In this document: piece after piece, positions 15,046 to 25,400 of the stretch
Numbering within the stretch: position 1 is the first letter of the stretch
How the letters are laid out: the number at the start of each line of letters is the position of its first letter
DNA from: a virus
Lineage: Duplodnaviria; Caudoviricetes
Strand: one strand, 5' to 3'
Virus record (IMG/VR): IMGVR_UViG_3300022538_000060
Span: 1-42,539 of that record
DNA: 42,539 nucleotides
Translations under genes and position numbers: made by a program
The notes under the pieces: model-generated
Databases searched by the model: none
Told to the model about the DNA's origin: nothing
What the model saw: the letters and a program-made list of their open reading frames with translations, nothing else

Positions 15046-16472
15046 AATTGATACTCCCTTAATTTCTTTTTTGCTCTCAGTTTATATAGATTATTTCTTG
15101 CTCTCGTAACTCCAACATACCACACTCTATGCTCTTCATCTTGTTTGTCAACACTTGATTTGATTCCTTGCTGTACAGTACGACCTTGGTGCAAAGATAA
15201 AATTACATTATCTTCCTCACCACCTTTTATTGCATGAATAGTTGATAACCATATTCTTGCTTTTTCTTTTAAGTTTTCTTTCGATGCAATTAAATTTCTT
15301 AAATATAAAATTTCTTTTTGATCTGCTACGAACTTATCATACCATGGAACTTTAGCATCCCAGTTACCTGTAGGTATAAATTCTTTTACTGCACTTATTT
15401 CTTTTTCATCTAACACTTCATCCATTGTCCATTTAGTGTAAGCCACTACAGCTTCATACATACCAACTTTAAAACTTTTACCTTTGTTACTTTGATAATA
15501 AAAATTTTTACGTTTTAAATCTTTCATAATATCTAACAGATTGCTTTTAGTTCGTGTAAGTATTAGCCACTTACCTTGTGTTAAATCAACCTGGTTAAGA
15601 TCAGATATATAGTGTGACTCACCTTCATAGTCTCTTGGATAATATTTTTTTAGTTTTCTAATTCCAATAATATTATTAATAGGTTTTGTTGATTCTTCTT
15701 GAACAGCTTTTGATATACGTCTTGATCGTCTTAATACAATCTCTCTTGCAGGTTCTTTTACAAATCGAGTTACATCAGCTCCAGCCCACGCATAGATAGC
15801 CTGGTCGTCATCACCTGCTAGATACATTTGTTCACAATGATATTTTAATTTATCATACAGTTGCCATTGCAATGGTGATAAGTCTTGTGCCTCATCAATA
15901 AATATAGCTTTGAATACAGGTATCTTATCAGAGTTTAATACTGCTTTTACAATGTCATTAAAATCAAAAAGATTATTTTTTTGTTTGTATACTTGAAGGT
16001 TTTGATAAATATGATTTAGTATATCAAAGTCATCAACTTGTTTTTTATCGTGTTCGTTTAAATCATATTCTTCTCTGATAGTTATGTCTTTGTTTATTGA
16101 TTTCTGTATCATTTGAAAGTATGGATTATTACAAGTTAAATAATGTGTTTCCTCTTCGTTGTATTTATCATTAAACGAAACTCTTATATTTAATTTTTTA
16201 CCAAGGTCTTCGTAGTGATATGGTTGCATTATATCTTCTTCATTTAATCCAAGTAAGTGATAACAAAACGCGTGTATTGTTTGGAAGTATGGAACTTCTT
16301 TTTCAGATACGTCAATTCTTTTACGTGCTTCTTCTGCAGCTTTTCTAGTAAATGCAAAGTAACCTATCTTGTGTAAAGGCACACCAATACGTTCATACGC
16401 TTTTACACGTCTGATTAATCTAAATGTTTTACCGGTACCAGGTGGTCCGTAAATCTTATTGATCTTTTCCAT
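15042..16472 (-). CDS. SF1 UvrD/Rep-like helicase
   Basis: GPPGTGKT, FTRKAA, IDEAQD, GDDDQAIY, TIH..KG.E, YVGVTRA; likely start MEKINK at 16472. Confidence 0.9.
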   Translation of the reverse strand: MEKINKIYGPPGTGKTFRLIRRVKAYERIGVPLHKIGYFAFTRKAAEEARKRIDVSEKEVPYFQTIHAFCYHLLGLNEEDIMQPYHYEDLGKKLNIRVSFNDKYNEEETHYLTCNNPYFQMIQKSINKDITIREEYDLNEHDKKQVDDFDILNHIYQNLQVYKQKNNLFDFNDIVKAVLNSDKIPVFKAIFIDEAQDLSPLQWQLYDKLKYHCEQMYLAGDDDQAIYAWAGADVTRFVKEPAREIVLRRSRRISKAVQEESTKPINNIIGIRKLKKYYPRDYEGESHYISDLNQVDLTQGKWLILTRTKSNLLDIMKDLKRKNFYYQSNKGKSFKVGMYEAVVAYTKWTMDEVLDEKEISAVKEFIPTGNWDAKVPWYDKFVADQKEILYLRNLIASKENLKEKARIWLSTIHAIKGGEEDNVILSLHQGRTVQQGIKSSVDKQDEEHRVWYVGVTRARNNLYKLRAKKKLREYQL

Positions 16473-17157
16473 TGGCTTTCTTAAACCCATCTTTGAGTGA
16501 TCCAGTCCAGCCATATGATCCATGATGTGTTGTTTGTCCATCAACTACTCCGTAAAATTTAAAACCTGATTTTCTAATTAAGTTACAAAAATTAACATCT
16601 TCACCCCACCATGTTCCGTCTTTACCAAAACTAGTGTCCCAAAAATTATAAAAATATGAATTTGCTTTTTCAGATATTATTTCTTTTTGTTTTATTTTAA
16701 GGTGTGGATTATCTTTCATTAATTTTTCATAGACTCTTCTGTGAATTAATGTCAAACCGGCAGGTCCAGCTTTTAATTCTACAATACCTTTTTCATCTAC
16801 TTCAATGTTAGTTGGATCATTAAACTCTATAGAAAATTTTAATACTTGGTCTTGTGTTTTTTTTCTGTATGGCACACAGATAGCGTCTTTTTGTGCAATA
16901 ATCATACGTCCAACAACGTCAGGTTCAAACTCCATATCTGCATCTACAAACAATTGATAATCAAAACCTGATTCTAAAAACATTGCAGTCAATACGTTTC
17001 TTCCATAACCAACGTAAGGACATTTAAATGTTCCTATTTCTGCTGGCATCTTAGCAATTGTAAATTTATTAAATAATTTTACCAACGACAAACAGGTTGA
17101 TACGTGCATTAAATCATACGTTGGCATAGATATATAAATTTTAGGTGGTTTCGTCAT
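16456..17157 (-). CDS. GT-A fold glycosyltransferase
   Basis: RN.L...FL, LFVDAD (DxD), G..LI.R.V, GED..FC; paralog of 29547-30404. Confidence 0.8.
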   Translation of the reverse strand: MTKPPKIYISMPTYDLMHVSTCLSLVKLFNKFTIAKMPAEIGTFKCPYVGYGRNVLTAMFLESGFDYQLFVDADMEFEPDVVGRMIIAQKDAICVPYRKKTQDQVLKFSIEFNDPTNIEVDEKGIVELKAGPAGLTLIHRRVYEKLMKDNPHLKIKQKEIISEKANSYFYNFWDTSFGKDGTWWGEDVNFCNLIRKSGFKFYGVVDGQTTHHGSYGWTGSLKDGFKKANGKDQ

Positions 17158-18782
17158 ACTATATTCTCCTTATCTTCTATTTCTATTATTTCTTCTGGTA
17201 TCTCTTCTTTTTCTAAACCTTCTTTTGGAAGTTTTAAAACTCGTAGTGGTGGAAATGATTCTTCGTTATCACCTTTTGGAAATCTTTTTTGACAATCAAA
17301 TTCACCTTTGAAATATTGTTTAATCATAGTAGCTGTTCTTGCTCGCTCTTGATTCCAGTCTCCACGTTTTAATTCATCGTAAAATTTATCGTACACAAAA
17401 TAAAAATGTTGATCTTCATGTAATACAGATCCACTTTTAAATGCTGCATACGAGCTGGCTTTTGGTCCATTGACATATGTAAATAATTCTTTTTTTAACA
17501 TGTCTACTGGGTTTGTACCTGCAGGTGGCTGAATAGTTTCCATGGTTGCCCACAGTCCATTTAATATATTTTGATATTCTTTTTCTTTTATACTTGGTGG
17601 ATAAGTAGTAGTGTGATCTGCAATCAAACTACGCATCTGTTTCATCTCATTAAATTGTTTTATACTCTTTGCATGCACTTGCACTATTTTATCTGCAGCA
17701 TCTTCTACGTTAAAAAAATATTCGTGATCAGGTTTGTACATAATTCTAATTAAACCTGATACTGATGGCCATTGCGAATCAAAGTGGCCACCAATACCAA
17801 ACTTTCTCTTAAGACAAGTGCCCCTCGCACAATAAGATGAAATAGGTAAATCATTACATTTAAAACCTGCTGTATCATTTCTCCAATATTTAATCTTTTC
17901 TTCTACTTTGCCATCACCCCATATCTCATCGTATAAAATATAATTTCTAGCAGCTTCTAATACTTTCTTTTCCCAGTTCTCACTAAACTTCTTTTTAGCA
18001 AACACCATGTAGTTATATAAAAATCTATCTCTTTCGTCTTTTAGTTTAATCCCTGATTCCTGTATCTCTTTGCAGATCATCTGTAAACATGGAGGTCCAT
18101 CAGCAAACTCTTCTGGTCCACCAGTTAATACTTCTTTTATTTTTTTATTACTAACTTCTTGTAAACTTTCTTTTGTTTGTAAGTTAGCCTCGATTACTTT
18201 TAAAAAATAATCTAAATCCATTTTACTACCATCAGGTTTATATGCTCTTCTTTCATTACCATTAAAGTATGGAAGATTAATAAAACTACCAGACGTTCTT
18301 TCTCCATTTTGGTTTTTACCTAATGAAGTTTGTTTAGGAAATATTTCAGTTTTAGATGGTAGACCAAATAAAAATAATAAGTTAGATAAGAATTCTCTAA
18401 TTAAAGATGCAGGTACTTTCTCTTTTGTAAACACATAAATGTGAAGTCCACCACTCTTAGATTCAATAGGTATGACAGGTAATTGTTTTGTATCAATAAC
18501 TTTTAAATACTTTTGTAAATCAAATTTTTCATAGTCATCAGGGTCAATATCAATTGCACCAAAGCTAGCCATGCTTTCATCATCACACGCTTGTATACCA
18601 ATTGACTTTCGTCCACTTAGATGATCTTCATAATCTTTCTCAGATATATTTCTTTTTGACCAGCCATAATCACCTGGATCAAATTTAAGTTTATTAGTTT
18701 TGGGATCATGGTATCCATTCTTAACATTACAGAAACCAAAGTCTCTTTTTAATCCGCTAAAATATTTTTCAAAATCTTTCAT
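17154..18782 (-). CDS. archaeo-eukaryotic primase (AEP) with Cys-rich PriL-like domain
   Basis: IDID motif I, SKSGGLH motif II, PPC...CX8CX4C. Confidence 0.8.
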   Translation of the reverse strand: MKDFEKYFSGLKRDFGFCNVKNGYHDPKTNKLKFDPGDYGWSKRNISEKDYEDHLSGRKSIGIQACDDESMASFGAIDIDPDDYEKFDLQKYLKVIDTKQLPVIPIESKSGGLHIYVFTKEKVPASLIREFLSNLLFLFGLPSKTEIFPKQTSLGKNQNGERTSGSFINLPYFNGNERRAYKPDGSKMDLDYFLKVIEANLQTKESLQEVSNKKIKEVLTGGPEEFADGPPCLQMICKEIQESGIKLKDERDRFLYNYMVFAKKKFSENWEKKVLEAARNYILYDEIWGDGKVEEKIKYWRNDTAGFKCNDLPISSYCARGTCLKRKFGIGGHFDSQWPSVSGLIRIMYKPDHEYFFNVEDAADKIVQVHAKSIKQFNEMKQMRSLIADHTTTYPPSIKEKEYQNILNGLWATMETIQPPAGTNPVDMLKKELFTYVNGPKASSYAAFKSGSVLHEDQHFYFVYDKFYDELKRGDWNQERARTATMIKQYFKGEFDCQKRFPKGDNEESFPPLRVLKLPKEGLEKEEIPEEIIEIEDKENIV

Positions 18783-18789
18783 AATTTAT

Positions 18790-18823
18790 GAAAGGCGCCT
18801 CCAGTCTCCCATCGGCGCCCTCC
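18790..18823 (-). promoter_or_regulatory. GC-rich hairpin directly upstream of the primase start
   Basis: GGAGGGCGCC-N14-GGCGCCUUUC, 10 bp with G-U pairs on the minus strand. Confidence 0.5.
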
Positions 18824-18852
18824 GTGGCCAGTGTACTCATCTAAGTACTCGG

Positions 18853-19623
18853 TTATACAATGTCTCCAGTTGTTGTAGGCGCATCGTATTTTGGTTTCGC
18901 TGCACCTTTTGATACTGTCTTTTGAAGTTGTTGTGCAATTTCATAAAGTTCAGCATCTTCTTTATTACTGACATCAAGGTTTCTTACTCTTGATGGTTTG
19001 TAGACATGCCAGCTTTTACTCCCCGCTGTCTTACCAACAGTTTTTAAATTATAAACTGCTGAGAATGCGGCTGGGTTGAAAGAACCTTCTGCATCAGAAA
19101 ATCTAAGATTCTTGATCAGATTGTTAAGCTCTCTTGCTGGTGTAAGGTTTGAAGAACGCATAGCAATTACTGCAGGTCTAGGCTCACCCTCTACCAATGC
19201 TAACACGTAGAAATATGCAGTTTTCTCTACATAGTTACCGTTAGGTAATCTATATCTACCATTCTTCTCTTCTACACCATCCGCTGGAATCTCTAAATGA
19301 GTTCCGACTGGAGCTGAAACACTATCGCCTCTCTCCTGCCATTCCGGATATCTAGTTTGAGAATGAGCAACGATCACATTTAATCCCTCGTTACCATCAA
19401 TAAGTTGCGTGAAGCCTGATGCATATATCATGCCGGGTTTAGCACCTTCAACATATTTTGGATCTCTCTCATTGCATTCAGGTGAAAGTTGATGAAGAAT
19501 TTTTAAGATCGGAGTTGATACATCATCCGATTTTATTTCTTCTGTGCCCTTACCAGAGTCACCTCTAAGATTGATAGTTGCAAGTGATCCTGCACTATTC
19601 TTTTGTACTACTTCTTTATCCAT
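18853..19623 (-). CDS. putative single-stranded DNA-binding/recombination protein
   Basis: P.LK.L..LSPE, GAKPG, EW..R motifs; position in replication operon; function inferred. Confidence 0.6.
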   Translation of the reverse strand: MDKEVVQKNSAGSLATINLRGDSGKGTEEIKSDDVSTPILKILHQLSPECNERDPKYVEGAKPGMIYASGFTQLIDGNEGLNVIVAHSQTRYPEWQERGDSVSAPVGTHLEIPADGVEEKNGRYRLPNGNYVEKTAYFYVLALVEGEPRPAVIAMRSSNLTPARELNNLIKNLRFSDAEGSFNPAAFSAVYNLKTVGKTAGSKSWHVYKPSRVRNLDVSNKEDAELYEIAQQLQKTVSKGAAKPKYDAPTTTGDIV

Positions 19624-19656
19624 ATTTTACTCCTTAATGTTTGTTGGTTTAGTAGT

Positions 19657-20205
19657 TTAGTTTTTGTTTTTTATTTCCGTTTGATTGCCTTCAAACGTTG
19701 TGAACAACTCTGCAGGTATGCTGCCACCTTTTTCGTGATAGTCCCGCAAAGTTGTTCTAAGGGTTCCGGCATGAACTGCAATTTTCCGATCGGGTTCATA
19801 ACCTTGTCCTCTTGCAAGTGAAGCGTATTGCTCCGCCTTGTTATCTTCGTTTAGACCAAACTTGACTGTGATCTCATTTTTCACAATCGCACCTAGTCCG
19901 TTCTTTCGAAGCCATTCATGTGCCTCTTCTTTTTTAGCTGCAATGATAGAAGCACCAAAAACATTTTTGACAGATATTTCTGATCCATCTTTTAGTTTTA
20001 ATGTTTTGAGATTTAACTGATCCATTAGATCAGGAATAATAATATTAGAATAATATTTTTCTCTTTCTTTTAGTTCTTTTAATTTTAACTCTTGATTAAT
20101 TACTTCTTGTTTGATTTCTTGAAGTGTATTAATTTCTTTTGAGAGTTCGTCTGGATTGACGTTTGACACCTGGTTCGGTGCATCTTCGCGTAAGTTTATA
20201 GTCAT
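19657..20205 (-). CDS. replication-module hypothetical protein
   Basis: IPDLM, L.DG, WLR.NG.G.IVKN, VH..TL motifs. Confidence 0.75.
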   Translation of the reverse strand: MTINLREDAPNQVSNVNPDELSKEINTLQEIKQEVINQELKLKELKEREKYYSNIIIPDLMDQLNLKTLKLKDGSEISVKNVFGASIIAAKKEEAHEWLRKNGLGAIVKNEITVKFGLNEDNKAEQYASLARGQGYEPDRKIAVHAGTLRTTLRDYHEKGGSIPAELFTTFEGNQTEIKNKN

Positions 20206-20268
20206 ATCTTTCCTTATATATGTTTGTTAGTTTAATCATTAATAATAATTCTTTTTTGCAATTCAAAA

Positions 20269-20294
20269 TATAAGGATAAATTTTTTGGTGTCAA
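20269..20294 (-). promoter_or_regulatory. sigma70-like promoter for the replication operon
   Basis: TTGACA followed after about 16 nt by TATATT on the minus strand. Confidence 0.5.
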
Positions 20295-20630
20295 CTATTT
20301 TTGAAAAATATTTACCTCTATAGGATAATAAGTTTTTTCTTGACGATCCCACTTTAACAATTTGTATTTACCATTAGTTGTATCTGAAACTAAAGAACAG
20401 ACTACACCAATAATTGCAGGGTCACCTGATAATAAAAGATAATCATCTTCAGTATAGTTCTTTAGAAGAGTTCTAAGTTTCATAACTAAAGGCCCTGGTG
20501 AATGAATCATTTGTGAAAACTCTGGAAGCAATGACACAATCTCACCATATTTTTGTGCACCAACAATATTGTATTTAGGTTCACCTTTGCTGGTTCCTGG
20601 TATGTCTTGAATTAAATAAACTTTGCTCAT
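20295..20630 (-). CDS. hypothetical phage protein
   Basis: A.KYG, DYLLLSGDP, LKWDRQ...Y motifs. Confidence 0.75.
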   Translation of the reverse strand: MSKVYLIQDIPGTSKGEPKYNIVGAQKYGEIVSLLPEFSQMIHSPGPLVMKLRTLLKNYTEDDYLLLSGDPAIIGVVCSLVSDTTNGKYKLLKWDRQEKTYYPIEVNIFQK

Positions 20631-20658
20631 TGACTTTTTATCTTTCAGGTAATATATA
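20630..20658 (+). promoter_or_regulatory. sigma70-like promoter TTGACT-N17-TATATA
   Basis: Upstream of the helicase leader. Confidence 0.55.
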
Positions 20659-20703
20659 ACAATTAGAAAGTAAAAGTAAACATGTATTATAAATATAAAA
20701 TTC

Positions 20704-20781
20704 GTGGCCCATTGGTCTTGGACGTTATGCGCAACAGTACCGCGTTAGGAATAATCTCGGGTGAGACCTACCGAGAGCCAC
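20704..20781 (+). ncRNA. putative structured RNA element in the SNF2 helicase leader
   Basis: GTGGC/GCCAC closing stem, CTCGG/CCGAG hairpin whose loop GAGACC can pair with GGTCTT; GC-rich island flanked by 19-bp direct repeats. Confidence 0.55.
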
Positions 20782-20790
20782 ATAAAAATT

Positions 20791-22233
20791 ATGAATTATA
20801 AATTTAAAACTAAACCATATGAGCATCAGTTAAAAGCATTAGAGCGTTCTTGGGACAAAACTTACTTTGCCTATTTTATGGAGATGGGTACCGGTAAATC
20901 TAAAGTATTAATTGATAATGCATCTATGCTTTATGATAAAGGCGAGATAAATGGCCTGTTATTAGTAGCACCAAAAGGTGTTTATAAAAACTGGTATGAT
21001 GGTGAAATACCTACACACATGGTAGATCATATTGAAAAGAAAGTTGTTCTTTGGGAAACATCTAACTCCTCTAAACCACAAAAAATAAAAGAGTTAAATA
21101 CTTTATTTAGTACAGGAACTGATTTTCATATTTTATGTATGAATGTTGAAGCCTTGTCTTATCCAAAAGCTACAGAGTTTGCTAGACGTTTTTTATCTTC
21201 GCACAAAGCTATGATGGCAATCGATGAGTCTACTACAATTAAGACTCCAACTGCTAACAGAACTAAAAATATTATGAAGTTAAAACCTCTTGCTAAATAC
21301 AGAAGAATTTTAACTGGATCACCTATTACAAATTCACCACTAGATTTATGGAGTCAGGCTGAGTTTCTTGATTCCTGGCTCTTGGGTTTTGATTCTTATT
21401 GGGCATATAGAGCTCACTACTGCCATATGAAAACTATGAATTTAGGATCTAGATCTGTTAGCGTACCGGTTGGTCCAAACAAAAGAAACATACCTGAACT
21501 AGAAGCAAAGATAAAATTATTTAGTGAGCGTGTCTTAAAAGACGACTGTTTAGATTTACCTAAAAAAACTTTCTTAACACGTAAGATAGATCTTACCGGT
21601 GTACAAAGAAAACTTTACGATGAGATGAGAAGGTATGCAATCTCAGAACTTGAAGGTAAAGTTTGTTCTACATCCACTGTTATGGTTCAGTTATTAAGAC
21701 TGCATCAAATATCTTGTGGTTATCATGCAACAGATGATGGTAAACCTCAACAACTACCTTGTAATAGATTAACAGAGTTGATGGATATACTTTGGGAGGT
21801 ATCCGGTAAAGTAGTTATTTGGTCTTACTATGTTGAAGACTGCAGAAGAATTATAGAAGAAATAAAAAAACATTTTGGAGAAAATTCTGTTGTAGATTAT
21901 TATGGTGCAACAGCTACAGAAGATAGACAAAAAAATATTAAAAAGTTTCAAGAAAATCCTGATTGTAGATTCTTTGTGGGTACAACAGGCACAGGTGGTT
22001 TTGGAATTACATTAACTGCGGCTAGTACAATGATTTATTATTCTAATGGTTATGATTTAGAAAAACGTTTACAATCAGAGGCACGTATCGATCGTATTGG
22101 CCAAACTAAACCTATGACTTATATTGATTTGGTGGCTGAAGATACTATAGATATAAAAATTCAAAAAGCTTTACGTACTAAAATGAATATTGCTAATGAT
22201 GTTATGGGTGAAGAATTAAAATCTTGGATCTAA
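20791..22233 (+). CDS. SF2 SNF2-like helicase
   Basis: MGTGKS, IDES, LTGSP, GG.G.TLT, QSEARIDRIGQ; likely start MNYKFK at 20791. Confidence 0.9.
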   Translation: MNYKFKTKPYEHQLKALERSWDKTYFAYFMEMGTGKSKVLIDNASMLYDKGEINGLLLVAPKGVYKNWYDGEIPTHMVDHIEKKVVLWETSNSSKPQKIKELNTLFSTGTDFHILCMNVEALSYPKATEFARRFLSSHKAMMAIDESTTIKTPTANRTKNIMKLKPLAKYRRILTGSPITNSPLDLWSQAEFLDSWLLGFDSYWAYRAHYCHMKTMNLGSRSVSVPVGPNKRNIPELEAKIKLFSERVLKDDCLDLPKKTFLTRKIDLTGVQRKLYDEMRRYAISELEGKVCSTSTVMVQLLRLHQISCGYHATDDGKPQQLPCNRLTELMDILWEVSGKVVIWSYYVEDCRRIIEEIKKHFGENSVVDYYGATATEDRQKNIKKFQENPDCRFFVGTTGTGGFGITLTAASTMIYYSNGYDLEKRLQSEARIDRIGQTKPMTYIDLVAEDTIDIKIQKALRTKMNIANDVMGEELKSWI

Positions 22234-22451
22234 AAAAGAAAACCTTTATCTAAAACCTTTTCTAATAGCAGAAGTGATACTGCCCCAACAGTACCCAATA
22301 ACACCCAATAGATCTTGTCTATCTTACCGCCCAAATCGTGTATACCATCATGCATATGTTTAACATCGTTTTTTAATCCAGTAATATATCCATAAATAGA
22401 AAGCAAGTGCTCTCTTGTAGTTTTGGGTTTTAATTTGTCTCCGTTAGGCAT
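22230..22451 (-). CDS. small coiled-coil protein with C-terminal TM helix (XhlA/holin-like)
   Basis: IDKIYWVLLGTVGAVSLLLL. Confidence 0.6.
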   Translation of the reverse strand: MPNGDKLKPKTTREHLLSIYGYITGLKNDVKHMHDGIHDLGGKIDKIYWVLLGTVGAVSLLLLEKVLDKGFLF

Positions 22452-25400
22452 TAAGTTATAAATCCTCTGTTTCGTAATATTATTTGTTTTTCTTCATCAG
22501 ATAATAATGCATTTTCTACTGGCGTCAATCCTCCGGTTTGTGCACCACCTGCAAGCAAAGTTTCATTTACAATTTGTTGTCCTTGTGTAATCGTCTGTGT
22601 ATTAGGCATCGCTGACGTTACGTTTGAAGGTAAAGGTGGTGTTTTTGGTGGTTCTATAATGTACTCATTAATATCTATACTAAATGGTTCTCCTAATTCT
22701 AATTGTCTTAGTTCGTTATTAATTTGTCTTAGGACAGGAGCTGCTTCAATAAATGGATTATCTTCTCCTAAATTGTTTGCAATCTCTCTAAATCTATTAG
22801 CAATTTCATCGGATGGAAAATAGGGTTCAAATTTACCACTTCTTAAATTACGAAAATCTTTCTCACTAATTTGTCTATCTTTAAATTGTCTTCTTAATGC
22901 TCCATCTTCTATGCCTAGTGTCTCAGCTGCATTTAAATCATTAAACATATTTTGTTGAACATTAAAACGTGCAGCGTTTGATTGTACATATCTTTTGATA
23001 ATATCATTTACTTCTACAGGTCCTCCTTTTAATAGACCAAAGTAACCTCCAGTAAATTCTCTTCTAGCATTTCTAATACCTCTTTGATAGTCAGCTATTT
23101 TAAAACCCATAGATCTTGCAGGATCTACTTTAATAGGACGTAGTCCCATAAAACCTGCTATCTCTGGACCAACATCTAATTCTTGACCGGTCTTTGTTGG
23201 TGTTCCAGTTGTGGCTTGTGCTAGTCTTACGAATTGTTTATACGATGGTGCAAGTGCATTTCCTAAATGCAAAAATCTAATTGCAGCTTTATCACCTGCC
23301 GACGTTTGATCTGTGTATAATCTTCTACCATCAGCAGTTACACCACCTCTTACAGTTAGATCAGTGACAGCTTCTGTCCAAATAGATTCTGATATAAACG
23401 GATTCATTATCTCTGCACCTGATTCGTTTACACCACTTACAAAAGCAGCTAATAATTGTTTGTCATTCATTTGACCATCTTGAATATTATTTAATAAAGT
23501 TTTAAGTGGTCTAGCAATAATATCATAGGCATTGCTATGACTAAAATCTATATATCTTAATTCACCTTCATCATCTCTTATAGGAATTAATGTAGAGTTT
23601 TTTGACCACTCAGGTACGAATCTTCTTAATGCATCTAATTCATCTTGTGATACATCGTACAGAGCTTTAGCTCCTTCAGTAAGTGCAACAGGTACTCCTG
23701 TTGTAAATGTAGCTAAACCTAATAATCTTTTAAAACCATCACCATAAAATATGTTATCGTTCTTAACCAATCTTGATACACCGTCCTCACCAACTTCTAA
23801 AACTACTGGTAATAAATTACTACCTACTGTTGGCTTAGAGTGTTTCATTTGATTGATACCAAGTTCTGCAATGTTAGTTGTAGTTCTAATCATCTCAGAT
23901 GGAAACGACATAAAATTACCAATTGGCAACAGTCTTGCTGTTCTTACAGCAGAACCAACAAATGCATAATTAGGTACAGTGTTCTTAACTATGTTAGCAG
24001 CTTGTTCTTCCAACTGCTCTGCAGTAAAATCAATACCTGCTTTTGTATAAGCTCTTCTTAATTTTTCTTGCTCAACTACAAAGTTTGCAATCTTAAATGT
24101 GTCGTCCTCTGCAACGTATTTACCCTGAAAGAAGTTACCTAATCTTTTTAATTTACCCATCATAGGATTTAAAATACTATCTACGTTAGCAGCTTGTTCA
24201 CCAAATCTAATATCTCTTAATAGGGCTTTTAGATCTCCTATCTGTACCTGTGAGTTTACAACTCCTAATTCCTGAAGCCGTCTGTATGCTGCTTGTTGTG
24301 CTGCATCAGGTGCTCCTACTTTTAACAGTCCAGATTTTTCTATACCTTCTCTAAACGCATCAGTGTAAAACTTAGGTTCAAATAAATTACCATTTGCACC
24401 AGCAAAACCAAATGCACTAATAAAGTTACGTATATGTGTGGGTATTGAAAATACTGTTTTAGCTAACTGTGAAACTCCTTTTGGAAACAATAATAAGTTT
24501 CTATACATCCAACTAACAGCAGCTTCTGCTCCTTCTTTACCTTCGCCTCTAACAAAACCTTGAAGACCACCTGCTATATTATTAGCACTCTTAATAGCTT
24601 CTGCTATTTCTTTTGTTGTATATTTACCAGCCAAAGGATTAATAATTTTACCTGCACCTGGTAACTCTTTTACAATATCATCTACAGGCACTAATTCTAT
24701 TCCAGTTCTTACAGAGTCTAACGCTCTTTCCCCTGCTTCTTGACTGCCCCAAAAAAATCCTCTACCACCAGCTGCTTGTACTTGATCATTCTTTGCTGCA
24801 ACGCTAGTTAAATAATTTGCAGTTCTTGCAACTGAAGATAAATTAGTGATGGCATTAAAGATAGAATATCTTGGATCTTGTATCTCACCAAATAATTCTC
24901 TAATAACTTTTGGTGGCAAGTTAGTTCCTTCGATAGCTTCTTTTACAAAATCAGCTCCAGGTCTACCTTCCATAGTTTTATTTACATAATCATTAAAACC
25001 TAAAGCTTTAGGTTGTTTTCTTTTAGAAACTGTAGCAATCAAACTATCTACTTGTGCTTTTGCTTCTTGTCTGTAAGTATTAGATCCAACTTTAAAAGCA
25101 GCATCACCTTTTTCTTGTGCAATTTGTTTTTGAAAAAAGTTTATACCATTTTCATATGCTTCGTCTGTTGGTTCGTATCGTCTAAAGAATTTAAATAAAC
25201 CTTTACCTTGATCTTCAAATATTCTGTATGTTCCACCAATCCAACCAACAACTCTATCTTTCATTAAACCTTTTAATTCTGTTTGAGCTTTTTTCAAAGT
25301 ATCACCTGTAACAGAATCATCTAGTATAGTTACAAGTTTATTAAACTCTTCTCTAGCGTTTTCTAAACCATTAATTATTATTCTTTGTGATTCTTCTTTA

